From positions 46,688,001-46,752,000 of the forward strand of contig NC_058368.1 in the NCBI RefSeq assembly GCF_018350175.1: a DNA stretch of 64,000 nucleotides. The letters run 5' to 3'. Made by a program: the position numbers and the translations under genes. Shown in pieces: positions 26,441-40,691 of this stretch; the stretch's first letter is position 1, and every line of letters starts with the position of its first letter. Source of the stretch: Felis catus (taxonomy: Eukaryota). The notes beneath the pieces are model-generated. The model did not search any database. It saw only the letters and a program-made list of their open reading frames with translations, and was not told where the DNA came from.

Positions 26441-26790
26441 TAATTTTTTTTTTCAATTAAACCTTTTTAAGTTTCGATTTTCTCATTTGTAAATGAGCAA
26501 ATAACAACTTGTGGGTTTTGTTAGTCCTAAATAAGGTGATTTACATAAAATTCTTAGCTGAATACTTGGCACATTTTATTCATTCAATTGATGCTAGCTA
26601 GTACTTGTACTATTATTATGCCTTGTAAAGTTCATCTTCAAAATCCTTATGTCAAATTCTTGGTCTAAGAATTTCTGAGTCAAAGTATACACATATGCAT
26701 ATTTTTAAGTTTTTCAACATATTGTCAAATTTTCTTTCATAAAGCACTTAGAATTAAATACTTTTTTCAGTAGAATAAAATATACAAATG

Positions 26791-26791
<1 letters not shown>

Positions 26792-26833
<42 letters not shown>
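26792..26833. repeat. (TA)n microsatellite
   Basis: Pure TA run. Confidence 0.98.
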
Positions 26834-26837
<4 letters not shown>

Positions 26838-26879
26838 GGGGTTTTGTTCATTCAAAAGTGGAAATTTGTATCTCATTAT

Positions 26880-27109
26880 TTTCTTATTTTTAAACATTTT
26901 AAAAAGTTTATTTCTTTATTTTGAGAGAGACAGAAAGCACTGGGGAGGGTTGGAGAGGGCAGGAGGAAAGGGAGAGAGAGAATCCCAAGCAGGGTCCATA
27001 CTGTCAGCACAGAGCCCAATGCAGGTTTCGATCCCAGGAACCATGAGGTCATGACCTGAGCTGAAACCAAGAGTCAGATGCTTAACCAACTGAGCCACCC
27101 AGGAGTCCC
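26880..27109 (-). mobile_element. SINEC
   Basis: TSD TGTATCTCATT at 26867-26877 and 27110-27120. Confidence 0.92.
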
Positions 27110-30100
27110 TGTATCTCATTTTAAAAAATTTGTTTGTAATACTAAAAAGTTTACTTTTTTCCCATATGCTTTCTGTTTATGTTCTATGAATTACAGGTTT
27201 AATCCTAAACTTATATTTTATTAGTTCATCTTTTTCTTACTAATTTGTTTTTATATTAAAGATATTAAGTCATCTCTTTTCTTACTGATTTGTTATATAT
27301 TGAAGAATATATAAAGAATATCTACTTATACATTTAGATGTATGCATACTTATGTATTTAAGCTCAATGAAGGTAAGGATTGTTGCCTTTTTTGTACTTT
27401 CTTATATCCCCAGTACCAAAATGGTGCCTGATATATATTAGGTGTTATTGAAAACCCAAAAATTGCTATTAAATTAGCTAAAAAATCTTAATACAGAAAA
27501 TCCTATAAGCAGAATAATAAAAACTTTTGTAGGTTATGATAGTTGAATATTCAGATTTTATAATATTAACTATTGCATTTCACTGCCCCACATCCTCATT
27601 TAAGTCCTGCTCATCATCAGTCAGTATATTGCAAGTTTTTTGGTGTTAATGTAGCATATTTGAGCTGCTTTAGTGGAGCTAATGGAATGTTTTTGAGTGA
27701 TAGGTTTAGCGCAGACAACCAGTATGGTAAAGAAAACTAAATTCTTAGAAAGCAAAGGTAAAGGAGGCACAAATTTTAATCATTATTTAAAACCAACTAA
27801 ATGCAGAAAGAATATTTATTTAGGAAAGGGTTTAACTAATGAATTAAAAATTAAAATTTCCTTCTTTAAGTGACTAAACACCTGAGTAGGTATAACAAAA
27901 TATCTGCATTTGTTAAAACGAAAGGTTTATAGAAAAATTCACTCAATATACTATGTACATACCATGAATATCAAAAATTTTCCTGTATTAGTCAGAAGGC
28001 AGCCTGGAAGACAGAAAGGACTACACAGATTCCTAGCAGAAGGAAATTATCACAGGGAATAAGATTCCAAGGAAGGGGAGGAGCTGAGAAACCAAACAGT
28101 GAAGCAATTCAGAAGTCAACTGCAGGAAGCTGGAGGGACCAGAGGCCAGGACCATCCAATGGGAACTGGGACCAGAGACGGAGATTCATTCCCATGAAGC
28201 TGAGTCCATAGTAGAGATGAGACTTTACTGCTGCAAGACATGCTATAGAGAGGAAAAAGATGGGGAGAAGTATCCTGTCTTGTCCCTTCATCTCACCTTC
28301 CGGTCTTACACTAGTGTCTCCCATTGGTTTAAGTTAAAAATCAGGTGAAGGGAATCTGGCAAATATCCCCTGAAATGCAGAGCAGACAATGGGATGGAAG
28401 GCATCTGAGAGTAAATTGACAATTGATGGACAATCCTAATTATCAAGTGAACAGAAGAGATCTGGAAAATAGGCTTCCTCAGGGCATTAGCAGAAAAGAG
28501 ATCCTCACAGGTAAACAGGTCCTGTGGTTGGGGGTGGGGGGGTGGGGGTAGGGGTAAGAGGATGGGGCGGGGAGCAAGCAAGTGAAATATAGGGACTGAA
28601 AAGTAGAATAGCTTCATGAGAATAGAAATGCTATGCAATGGAGAATGAAGAGAAGTTTAATGAGAAACAGAAGAGTGATGACAAAGATGAGGCATAATTA
28701 TTGTCATTTTTGCCGATTTGCTCTGCTATTTACTTCCTATCATATAATAACTATTAGTGCAAAACACAAAGTAAAAAATCACTCAGAAGATATATTCTCC
28801 AACCTAAGTAAGCTAAAATGGATATCTTTTAACTTTATCAGTTCCTCAGCACATATCATAGAATATATTATCTTAATCTAATAAATAGGAGTATCCAAAT
28901 GCAGAATATTTTAATCTTCAAAACAGAAGGCAGGAATCCCCACTTAAGAAAACTTACACATTAAATGTAACACTCTAACAGGACATGTTGATAATGTTGG
29001 TGACACTAGCCACCTGCAGTCTCATTTTTGCTGGGTCTTAAAACCAGTGAGAATATAGTCTGAATATTAAAAATGTATCTCCACTAGCTCATAGGACTGG
29101 AAATAATTGACTTTCCTGAGACTGGTCTGCCTGGGTTTGATGGTTTCCTTGTGATTGGTCAATGGTGGTCAAAACTCTCTTATCTTAGATGCTTAGACTA
29201 GAGCATCTGAGATGATTGCCCTGACTCCTGGTTTCATTCCAATTTTTCCTTGAAGTGCTGACTGTGATATATTGATATGAAATTCAAGACTCTCTTTTCC
29301 TTGTCTCATGTCCTTTTAGTTTTGCACTCAAAGTTCATTTTATAGTAATGTTACACTCATTGGAGCTCTCCTCATGTACTATACCTCTGTGCTTTTACCT
29401 TGTTCCACTCACCTCACCTCTTTCTTGCCTGGCAAGCATCTATTAGTCACTCTTGGTTCAAATCACATGCCATTTTATTCCCTGAATGCATGGTTTATCT
29501 TCAATTCTCTGTACCACAAGGGTAACCTCTGTTCATCTCTGTTGCCTGTGTTACAACTCACTTCCAACAATGCTATAATGGTTTTATGGTTTATCCCTAC
29601 CTGTCTTTAGAGTTCCCTAAAGCCTGGGACTACACATCCTTGTCTTTATGCCTGATGGTCTAGGGCTAAACTCTCAATAAATGTTTGTTAGATCTATCTG
29701 AGTCTGGCCTTAAATTTTAGTGTGGGAATGTTTATTCAGCTATCAGGCATCAAGTTACAACATTTTCTCAAGATTCTTCCTGCTCCTAGAGTCATACCTA
29801 GCTAGGTTTTAGAGACCTGCTTGATTGTTCAACATACTCTCAGGCTTTGAAAAAAAATGGTTTACAATTTTCCTGGAGATAAAAGAAAGTAATAAGGAAT
29901 GGCGGCTGCCTAAACATTAAATTAATTTCTGTATCTTTGGCGCATATCAAATCTAGCTTACTCTCAATTTTTCTACTGTTACACCAAAAAATAATAACAA
30001 TAATGTTTTACAACAAAACTACATTATTTATTACTATGGCCCAAATTACTAACATATTACATGAAATGCATGACGTGATTACCATAGATACATATACCCT

Positions 30101-30469
30101 CAGAATTTGAAGGAAGATTGATGGTCAACAAGATGTCTGGTTCTGAAACATGATGTGCAATAATGAAGTGGTTATTTTGTGGATGTTGGACCAGTGATCT
30201 TCATTGAATTCTTATCGTGGCCAGGCCTGTTCTAAGTGCTTTATATGGATGGATTCATGTAATCTTCCTACAATTCTATAAAATAAGACTACAGTGATCT
30301 CCATTTTATAGAAATGGAGCTCTCAAGACATAGAGTTAGTAAGTGCTAAACCTATGATTTGTATCAAGAGCCTTGGCTTTAGGACCAGAGATCCTAGTAA
30401 CTAGCTATGGGTATCTCAGTACGTTCCATTAATATTGTATGCTTCTTTTAGTGACTCTTACAGTTGGGA

Positions 30470-32900
30470 TTTACTTATTCAACATATATTTATTGCATTC
30501 CATGTATATATATCTATGTACCTATACTAAGTTCTGAGACTCCAGCCTAAAACTGGATATAGTCTCTCCTCTTAGGGAACTCACAGTTGGATGAGAAAAA
30601 AGGGCAAGTTTTAAAATAAACCATAATATGTGGTACTCAAGAAATACTTGGTGAATGAATTAATAACTGCCAAGATAGGGGATATACAAAAGGAGATATG
30701 GAAGCAAAAGAAGGATATCTCAACAAGGTTTAAGATAGCAGTCAGGAAAGACTTCCTGGAAATTATCTAGATGAACATAATAAGGGATGTGTATTCTATG
30801 AAAAGATAATAATAGGTGAGAAGGTGCAGAGATATGAGAAAACCTCACACATTACAGGAAAAAGCCTGTGAGCAAGTTGTGAAAATAATACTTAGCCATG
30901 GTCTAAGATGAGGCCAGAAATAAGTCTGCGCCTCAGTGTGAAGGGCTTTGGATGTTAAGCCATGAACTGTGAACTGTAGCATGGCAGTCTTGAGAACCAC
31001 TTATGGTTTGAAATAGCTAGTGACATGATCAAAATGACATTTTAGAAAGGTCACACTGACAACAATGAGAAGAATAGATCAAAGGGCCCAGACTGTACAG
31101 AAGGAGAAGATACTGCAGCAAACTAGAAGAAAAATAGGAGTGGCTATGGAAAAAGAGAGGACAAGGACAGGCTTGGAGATATTAGGCAGGTCTACTCAAT
31201 TGGACTCTTTGAGCCTACATAACATAGCATTTTCATAGTGTTGCATTTACATTATTGTCTAATTTCTTTTCTATTTGTCTTTCTTTTGTCATAGTACATA
31301 ACAAGTGTTTAATAAATGGTTTTTGAATAAATGAAAGAATAGCAGATATGGGGGAAAGAAAGAGAAAAAAGTACAAAGTGACTGTCAACATTTCTGGCCA
31401 GGACTACATAGTGCTCTGGACTCATATATACTCTGAGATGAGCAGCAAAGGAAGAGAAGGATGTTTCGGTGCAAAGATAAGAAGCTGAGTTAGGCAGTAG
31501 TATGAGTTTTAGACATTTAGAGATATTTACAAGGCAGTTTGACATAGGTAGGTGGTATTCTGATTCTGACATTTCTTGCCTGGAAACTGAGAATCACCAA
31601 TGCATGTGTGGTGTGTTGAATTTCTGAGTTTGATTAAGATCCTCCAGAGAGAGTGTATAATACATTAAATCTGGGTGGGGAAAAAAAGAGTGCAGGGAGA
31701 TGATAGAATAGAAGAAACAGAGTGAAAGGAGGGACTCTTTGAGAGAAGGATCACAAAAGCTCAGAGGATAAAGGATTCCAAGAAGGAATGAGTACCATAG
31801 AGAGTAATTGCCATAGAGACATGAAGTAGGATAAGTATAGGAAATGTTTCATTGGATCTGGCAATATTGAGGGCAATGTAGATATTAGTGAAAGTAGATT
31901 CAGTGAAGTAGTGAAACCAGAAACCAGATTCATTGGCATGATGAGGGAATGACTAGAACATAAAGAAGTGGAAATGCATCTGTAGTCTATTTTCTAAAAG
32001 TTTCAAGACTTTTACCCATAGAATGAACAAACAGTACCTACAGGAGAATGGGTGTTCAAAGGTTCCATTGTTTTAAGATGGGAAGGGCTTGGGTATCTCT
32101 AAAAGCTGAGTTGTTTCAGAGTAAGGTGAAAGAAGAAGAGAAAAAAAACAACAACAAAAGAATAATAGCATCTAAGCCACTGAAAAGATGAACCATAGAG
32201 TCTAAACTATAGAGGGAAGGAGGTAAAGTCAGATGAGAGATGGAAACTGTCCAGTATGAGAGAGTATAAGAGGGAGTATAAGAGAAAAAGTTTGTAAAGA
32301 GTAAGAGAAAGGATAGGAGATTTGAATTAGACAAATGAAATGAGATGTTTAAATTCCAACAGAAAATTTGGGTAGGCAAATTTGTATTAACCAAATATAT
32401 TTTTGGTATTTGCCAGGCTGCATGGCAGATGTGAGAGATATCTATAATATAACCTTGGAAATACATTTCTGAAATGCAGCAGAGGGGAAGGAAGCTGGAA
32501 AAAGGAAGAGCAAGGGCTGGGCAGTTGGATTATTCCACAAGGTAGATATTAAAATCACTCTCGGCACTGATGAGAAAAATACCAAAATCCTCAAAAAAAA
32601 ATGTGGAGGAAATTCTAAAAGACAATGATGAGGATGGGTAGAGTGCTATATAGGTAGATGACAGGAATTAAAGAGTAATTGTTTGGAATGGCCCTGGAGA
32701 TCAAGAAGGTAAACCCAAGTCTTGGCCCTGTGGTACAAGAATATAAGAAAATCAGCCACTGACACAGGAAGGTAAAACAGGGGAAAGTTTGATTTAAAGG
32801 AGCATCAGATTTTTGATAAGACATGAGGCAATTAGGGCAGTGAGTGAAGAAGATGATGCCATCAGGAGGTTTGTTAATCATGGGTCAGGATTTCTAGAGA
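30470..32900. mobile_element. Degenerate L2-like region
   Basis: Long purine-skewed stretch with motifs 'ttattcaacatatatttattg', 'agtcaggaaagacttcctgga' and 'gtgacatgatcaaa..catttagaaagg'; boundaries approximate. Confidence 0.55.
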
Positions 32901-32974
32901 CCAGGATGGAAAGTTTTGACATAAGACATAGCAGTGGGGAGACAGTAGGGGAGGGATAGAATGTCAAAACTGTG

Positions 32975-33183
32975 GGGGTTGCCTAGGTGGCTCAATCAGT
33001 TAAGCATCTGACTTAGGTTCAAGTCATCATCATCTCATGGTTCATGGGTTTGAGACCCACATTAGGCTCTGTGCTGACGGTGTAGAGCCTGTTTGGGATT
33101 TTCTCTCCCTCTCTGTCTCTCTCTCTGCCCCTCCCCAACTTGCTCTCTCTGAAAATAACTCAATAAACTTAAAAAAAAAAAAA
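32975..33183 (+). mobile_element. SINEC
   Basis: Head, linker and A tail; AAACTGTGG on both flanks. Confidence 0.9.
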
Positions 33184-33849
33184 GAACATCTAAACTGTGG
33201 AGATGAGAGGATGACAGGTCATACCCAAAACAAGTGCATGAGGAATTTCACATTTGGGGCTGAGGTAGAGCTTGACAAAGGATGGTGACACTATTGAACT
33301 CAAGTTTTCAACCAGAAGTCTTATAAAAAGATGGTTCTAGCCAAAGACTCTGAATGTAACCAAGGCCAAGTGTGGTATGCTTTTTGGATTCTGAGTATTT
33401 TTACTGGAGGCAGTCTTCCATGGAGCAACCATGATTGCTAGAAAGAGCTTTCTTTCCCCATTGATTTAAGAAACCTCATGTTATACATAGCCTTCACCCA
33501 TCAAGTTCCACTGTGTTAGGGCCATATGCAAAATGTACTCTCTTTCACCTTGAAAGCAGGTATCATGTGCAGTCAGGGTACTTTTTTCTTTGAACTGAAT
33601 ATGCCCAACACTTCACTGTTGCTATTTATGGTGCATTTCAATATCCTACTCATTCTTCAAATGGTTAACTCAGTTTAGTTGACAATACATTCTTAATACA
33701 TAGCTAGAAATGAATCTAGTACCTAAAGTATGTTCTAACAAGCACACTATATAATCAAGTTACATGGGAACAAAATCACCATTTGCTAAACACCTACCAA
33801 GTGTGTGACCCAATGCCAGTTGTGAACATGCACAATTTCACTCAAATCT

Positions 33850-34170
33850 CAGTGGTTAAATCACAGGCTCTTGTGTCTGGGGCCAGGTGTTGGAATTCAT
33901 GTTCTGTCACATATTAGCTGTGTGATATTGGAAAAAAAATTAATTTGCCATCCTGGGACTCATTATTTTTCTCTGTAAAATGAGGATAATAATGCTATTC
34001 ATTTAACAGGGTTACTGTGAAGGTTAAATGGAATAAGACATATAAAGAAAGCACTTATTGCCTGGCACATAGTAAACATAATAAGTGATGGTTAATCATT
34101 ATCTCCATCTTACAGATGAAGAAATCTGGCCATTAGTTAAGGTCAGACAATCAAGATTCAAATCCGGATC
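33850..34170. mobile_element. MIR fragments
   Basis: 'tctgtaaaatgaggataataatg...aaggttaaatg' and 'ccatcttacagatgaagaa'. Confidence 0.7.
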
Positions 34171-36300
34171 ATGAAATTCAAAAACCCATCATATCGTACT
34201 GTCCTAAACTCTATGTTTTAATGCTTATCTTTCTAACACTGCAACCCAACATGAATGGCTGTTGATTAATGTTAAGTATATTGTCAATCAATACTCTTGC
34301 TTTTTCATACATGTTACTGCTGTTAAGCATGATTTCTTTCTTCTGCCCTTATGAGAATTTGTTTTTGGACCTAACAGAAGCCATTGTAATATCTAAGTTT
34401 AATGATGTGAACAACAGGAAAGCTGATGATGTTGGAAATTAAAAAAAAAAAAAAGAATACAAGAAATGTTATAAAAAGAAAATTAACAATATATAGGAAT
34501 AAATTGGAACTGTATCAAAAAAGACAGCAAGGAGACAAAATGAATATCAGCTGATAATTATTTAGAGTTATAATAACATTGACAAAAATGAAGAAATTTA
34601 GGAAAAACTGTTTGCTTAGGAGACAAAATTAACTTTTATTGGGAGATTTGTTGAAAGGATACCTGGATTGACTCTTAGCCACATTACGTACGTCAAAAAT
34701 CATCCTTCTTTTCCTAGATGAGATCCTGAATGAATGAAGCTCATAGCTGAAGCTTTGATTTTCTCTAAGAACTAAAAACGGGTACATCTGACTTTATGCT
34801 ACAAGACCAAAGGATTTTCTAACTCATTGGAAAACCAGTCAGAATTGTAATAACATGAATCTGAGTCTAGAGGGGAGTGACACCTGGAAGTGGTTTTGGT
34901 TTAATTGTCCTGTCATTTTGCATGAATTCAAGAAAAAGTACTATGTGTGCATCCAAAGAGCTCATACTGGGTAATTAAGCAATGCCTATTCTGCAACATT
35001 CTGCAGTGAATGATCGACGTATTAAGGCATAGTGACTGACCTAATGGGTTAATTTAGGCTTCATTGCAAAATAAAAGTCTTATCTGAAAGAGAATTCTAT
35101 TTTACTGGAATCTCAGGGAGAACCTGTAGGAATGATTTTCAGTGTTTTATAAGGAGTGATCATCCAGTAAAGTAAAGAGTAATGGCCAACTCTCCATGTC
35201 TACTGTTAATCTAGTTACAACGTAATTCTTTTAAAATGTAACTTCTTCAAAATACTTAAGGCTGTCATTTTTATCATTGCTCATGAGAGTCTGTCAGTCA
35301 CTGTCAAAAATTGTCAATCACAGTCAAATGAGGGCATTTTCAGAACTAATAGATAAAAACTTTTTGACCTCATATTTTTTATTTTTAACCTTAAAATCAC
35401 ATGCAAAAGGATGTAATAATTCAGACTCCTTTCTGCATCATTGGTAACTTTAAGTAAGATTGAAAATAAATTTTGGGTACCTAACACTAGATTTATTTAA
35501 TGGTTTATATGTTAAGAAATCAGAAGCATATATGCTGAAAATACTATAGAAACAAGAGACGTGAGACCTTTACTTGTCTGTTCTTGACTCCCTTGTCACA
35601 TGTGGCTGCGGAAAATTCCTTTACTTCCTCTGAGAGCTCTGTTGTCTATTCTGTAAAACAGGTAAATGATATCTTACCTGCCTGGTGAGGGGACTGAGAA
35701 TATAATCTCGTGAGTTTCCACTCAGAGACACATTGCTATAAATCTTTATATGATAGAAATGCACAAAAATAAACTAAAAATAAAACAAGGCAAAAGAGAC
35801 TCAAACTATTTCTTTAGGCAATTTCCTCTGTAAAACAAAGCTCTAGCTTCTGTGTTTTGTCTTAATATATTTTTAATCTCCTAACCCAAGTCCTTTTAGT
35901 TTTTAGGAGAGTTAGATAATAAAGATCAGAGACAGTTCTCAGAATTTCTCGTTAAGGTTAACCAGGTGAACTATGGCAATTGTGAAAGCCACAGGGGCAC
36001 CTTCATTTGGTGATTCCCCCATCTGGCTGCATCCTGCATAAAGACCCCAGATTACCAAATTATGAGAAAATTATCAGAAAATCTGCTTCTACCTCTTTCT
36101 TGTGTGCTACCACATAGGCCTGGATTGTAGCTCATTGCCATGTTTGCAAATACTGTGAATGCTCTCCTGCAATGTATACCCCTCAAAAACTGAGATTCAC
36201 TTGTTAAGTTGTACCATAGATAAGTTAAAACTTACCTGCTGTTTTATACCCTTACAACTTTTCAAACTATAACTTTATTTTCAAATGTTTTTCCACTTTT

Positions 36301-36502
36301 TAAAAAAATGTTATTCAGTTTTGAGAGTGAGAGACAGAGCATGAGGGGGTGGGAGGGGCAGAGAGACAGGGAGACACAGAATCTGAAGCAGGCTCCAGGT
36401 CTGTCAGCACAGAGCCCGACGTGGGGCTCTGGGCAATGAACCATGAGATCGTGACCTGAGCCGAAGTCGGATGTTCTACTGACTAAGCCATCCAGGCACT
36501 CC
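36301..36502 (-). mobile_element. SINEC, 16-bp TSD
   Basis: ATGTTTTTCCACTTTT at 36285-36300 and 36503-36518. Confidence 0.93.
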
Positions 36503-36554
36503 ATGTTTTTCCACTTTTAAATATCTATCTTTTCTAGCATTCCTTTAAAAAAAA

Positions 36555-36657
36555 AGATTATTATTTTTTAAGTAATCTCTACACCTAACGTGAGGCTTGA
36601 ACTCACCATATGGAGATCTAGAGTTGCATGTTCTCCTAAGTGAGCCAGCCAAGCATC
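36555..36657 (-). mobile_element. Short old carnivore SINE
   Basis: 'aagtaatctctacacctaacgtgaggcttgaactcac...tgagccagccaagca'. Confidence 0.8.
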
Positions 36658-36963
36658 TTTCTTTTTTATATTATTACAATTTTTGTTTATAAAATTCCAT
36701 CCATTAGGGTGACTTTTCTACCAGTTTATTTCAAATTCTGAATTAAGAAAACAGCCATTCTTTGTATATTCAAGCAAATCCAAGAGTAATCTATACATAT
36801 CTTGTTTGGAATATAAAGATAGTGGAACAGTAGGTAAAATACTCTTAAAAGAAATTTATTTTTTAGGTATAATCTTTACAGAACACTGAAACCTTTAACT
36901 TCTTAGAAACTATGTGTTAAATCTATTTCACATACTTTATTCACGGTGATAAATACTACTTAC

Positions 36964-37032
36964 CTTTTCAATTTTACAGTGTTCTTGGTCTGCTGCATAT
37001 TTTAATTCAAATTTTAATGTTTTTTTAAAAGG
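36964..37032 (-). CDS. Candidate 69-nt internal exon (PFKKTLKFELKYAADQEHCKIEK, phase 0/0)
   Basis: Consensus donor AAG|GTAAGT; acceptor tgcttatcttacttag|; open in phase 0; length divisible by 3. Confidence 0.4.
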
Positions 37033-39106
37033 CTAAGTAAGATAAGCATAGTTTGCTTTAAAAGGCAAAAAACTTCTTAGCAGTCCACCCCAAATTAATC
37101 ATCATGCACCCTTTTCTCATATTTCTTTCCTTAATGGTTTAGAGATGAGCAGTCACATTACCATTATGTATGAATACTACTAAGCATAAATAAGTGGGAC
37201 AGGTTGCCCTGCAAACAAATTTCATTAAAGTACCTAGATTAACACATTTTAAAGGTCTCTTTAATGAATCTTTGTCCTTGTGATACAACATAAGCAAGAA
37301 TAGGGCAAACTAAGTTGTAGAATTTTATGTCTCCATCTCTAGCTTCAAACAATTAAGGGAGTTATAAATAAGCTCTACTATCTTTATCCCACTCAAAAAT
37401 AATGAATGAGCCATCCTCATGAATCACAAGACTATCGCATCAAACCATCACAATCCCAAGATCATGAAAGCAAGACTTTAAACCAGCATTATATTTTGGA
37501 ATAAATCACAGACTTGGTAACTATTTCAGAATTGTAAATGTTATGCTTTTTAGAGTTATAGCATAATTCATATATCAAACCGTGGCATCTATGAACCCCA
37601 TCATAGAATCACTAGAGTTTTCCAATTTTCAGAACGAACCTCTATGAGTTCAGGTATTTAAAAAATTACTGCAGTGAGAAAAGTGACCAAACAAGAACAT
37701 TTGAAAGGATTAAAAGAAGAATTTTATAATGAAAATTATATCAATCAACAAGTATAAATAGGAAGACAATGCTTTAAAAATATATGTTATATAGGACCCA
37801 GAAATTATTAGGAAATTAAGGATTGATTTTACTTTTGATGACAAAAAACATCAAAAGGTTAAAAAAGGTTATTCAAAACAAGAGTTTCCAAACTGACCGA
37901 GTTTTTTGTTTGGTTTGGTTTTGTTGTTGTTTTTGAAGGGAGTAGAGATGGATATAGTCATGCAGTCAGATTAGTAAATATTAAATTATCTATTTTCTGA
38001 TAATTTGATATCCATTGTATATTAATGGAGAATCCCTTACTATAAACTGCATAATATCATGATTTCTGGAACGTACTGATATTAATCAAGTCTAACTACA
38101 AAAGCATTATTATAGGACACTATTACTAAATTCTAAAATGTAGAAAGATTAAAGGGAGAAAATAATCTGATTCTGATTTGAACTTGTTGCTATGAGGCTG
38201 GCTAAAATCTTTTAGTCTTCATACCTATGACATGACATCAGGAAAAATGCAGATTATGCTATATTTCAAAGCTTTTATTTAAGTGAGATTTAAAAAAAAG
38301 TGTTAAGCACATGGCCCATACATAGGTGCTTTTCCAACTGGCTTGAAGTCTCAAGTAAATTGATAGATAGAGCAAGAGTCCACCTGTTAGGATGAGGATG
38401 TGGAACTCACATTGTTCTTTGTTTATTATTGTTACTCACATTGTTCTGTTGTTTATTAGCAGTTGAGACTTGGTCTCTCATTGGTTTTGTATTTGCTTTC
38501 TCAATACAGAACTTTATTTAGCGTATACAATTCTTTTAGACATACAAAACCACTTTAGTCCCATAAGATGCCTAGATTCTAATGCAGTATAACATTTTTC
38601 TGGACTGATTCATTCCCTGAAAGAAACAAAAATTATTCCCTGTAGAACAAATAGTCTTTATCTTTAAATCCAGGGAAATTAATAGAAAATTTCAGGGAAG
38701 TATCTTAGAATAGAGGGTGAATTTTCCACACAGAAAGATACAGTGAAACTGGACAACTTATAGATGTGTTTATAAAAATATGTTTTGCTTGCCTTCTAAA
38801 AGAGTGTAACAATGAGAATTCAAACACAAAATAGAAAACCAGACCTAAATTTAGCATTTAATATAATTTATAGGAAACCCTATTTAAAGGAGGATTCTAT
38901 AAATTCAAACTATTTCAACTTTTTCTTTCCATTTCTAGTACTTTGGAACTACTCCTGCCTGAAGTCCAATTTGTGATTACTTACTGACTTTATTTATTTA
39001 TGTTACCAACCCTTTGTCTCTTTCTGAAAAAATAAAGTAAGGACATCATCAGTCTTACTGCTACCATCAAAACAAGTGTGTGCGCCTGCACATATGCTCA
39101 CATGCA

Positions 39107-39109
<3 letters not shown>

Positions 39110-39148
<39 letters not shown>
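39110..39148. repeat. (CA)n microsatellite
   Basis: Pure CA run. Confidence 0.97.
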
Positions 39149-39150
<2 letters not shown>

Positions 39151-40339
39151 CTCATCCATCAAACCCATGGCATTCCCAAACTATTTATTATCTACTTTCT
39201 TCTTATCAACCGGTAATTTAAACTTCATAAAATACAGGTATGCCATAATTTTCTCAATTCCAAGCAAATTTGTAGTGCATTTTCTTCAGGATTCACATAT
39301 TCTAATATAACTATTAGTATAATGTATAGAGAAGAATTTTCTTACAAGAATTCTACTATTTATAGAATGACTTGAATAGAAATGATTTATTGCCAAATTC
39401 CCATATCTAACCAAACAAATGGCAATTAGTGTCACAGATAAAATTCTGAGGAGTTCGGTTCCATGGGGACAAAAAGTAACACAAACAATCAAATGAAGCA
39501 AACATACATTCCTTCAAAACTCTGGGCTTATAGCATTTCTCTTTTATTTACTTATAAGTAATCTGACTTACTTACCAGTCAGATTACTGGTTTGATTATA
39601 CAAAAAAAAAAAAAAAAACAAGCAAACAAAAATATCTAAGAATAACAGTATTTAAATGGCTATAGGCAACAAAACCCCCCACAGTTTATGCCAAAAAATT
39701 TCAACTGTGATTCATTCCTGGAATATTGGTTACATTTTCTTTTCTCATCATTCATTGCCCCTTAGAATTTTTAAAAAATCCTTAGAGATTCAGTTTAGTT
39801 GAGCAAATGTATACTGAACACCTATAATGTGCCAAATGCTGAATTAAGGGAATACAAACATGACTAGAATGCAACCCTTGCCTTCTTTCTTGCAACACCT
39901 GTTTCTCTTATATGACCTGGCTAACTAAGTCTGGAATGCTTTGAGATAATTGGATTATATCAATGTTTACATCCACTGCCCTGTTAACACCAGAAAAAAA
40001 AAAAAAAAAAAGAAAATCTGCCCTTGTGAAACTTGCATAGTAATGATAGGAGGCATAAAATAGACACAACTAAATTATGCAATATGTTGGAATTCTAGAA
40101 AGGGGTAAGTGAAAGGGAAAACAAGGAGCATCGTGGGCCAAATTAAAAATTAGGAGATAGAGGTGGGTGTGGTAAGTAGATTGTAAATTTAAATAGGTTG
40201 GCAAAGGTAGAATCCATGAAGAAGTTAGCATTCAGGCAAACACTTGAAAGAGGTGAGAAAGAGGAAGCTTTCATTTCCTGGAGGAAGATTGTTGCAGGTA
40301 GAGTGAACAGCGAATGCAAACTCCCTAAGGTGGGAATAT

Positions 40340-40691
40340 TATTGGTATGTGTCTCCCTAAAATATGTGTGTGAAAACCTAAACTCCAGTGTGATGGTACT
40401 AGGAGATGGGGCCTCTGGGAAGAAATTAGGTCATGAGGACAGAGTTCCCATGAATGGTATTAGTGCTCTTATCAAAGAGACCCAAGTGAACTCCCTTGCT
40501 CCCCTCTGCCATGTGAGGACACAGTAAGAAGGTGCCATCTATGAACCAGGACATGGTTCTCATCAGATACCAAATCTCCTTGTGCATTGATCTTGGGCTT
40601 CTCAGCATCTAGAACTGTGAGAAATGAATGTTGTATTTAAGCTACCTAATCTATGGTATTTTTGTGATAGCTGCCCTAATGGACTAAGATA
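40340..40691 (+). mobile_element. MaLR solo LTR (MLT1A-like)
   Basis: 'gtgatggtactaggagatggggcct', 'gccatgtgaggacacag', 'agaactgtgagaaat' and end 'atggactaagata' match recalled MLT1A. Confidence 0.88.

Noticed and set aside
27227..27310. Imperfect direct duplication of about 40 bp (also short repeats at 63324/63356 and 6121/6257)
   Set aside because: Two-copy slippage-type duplications with no array or spacer structure
38985..39023. 39-nt version of the 39.0-kb exon using the GTAAGT donor
   Set aside because: Stops in all three frames; only the 17-nt version stays open, and its donor is weaker
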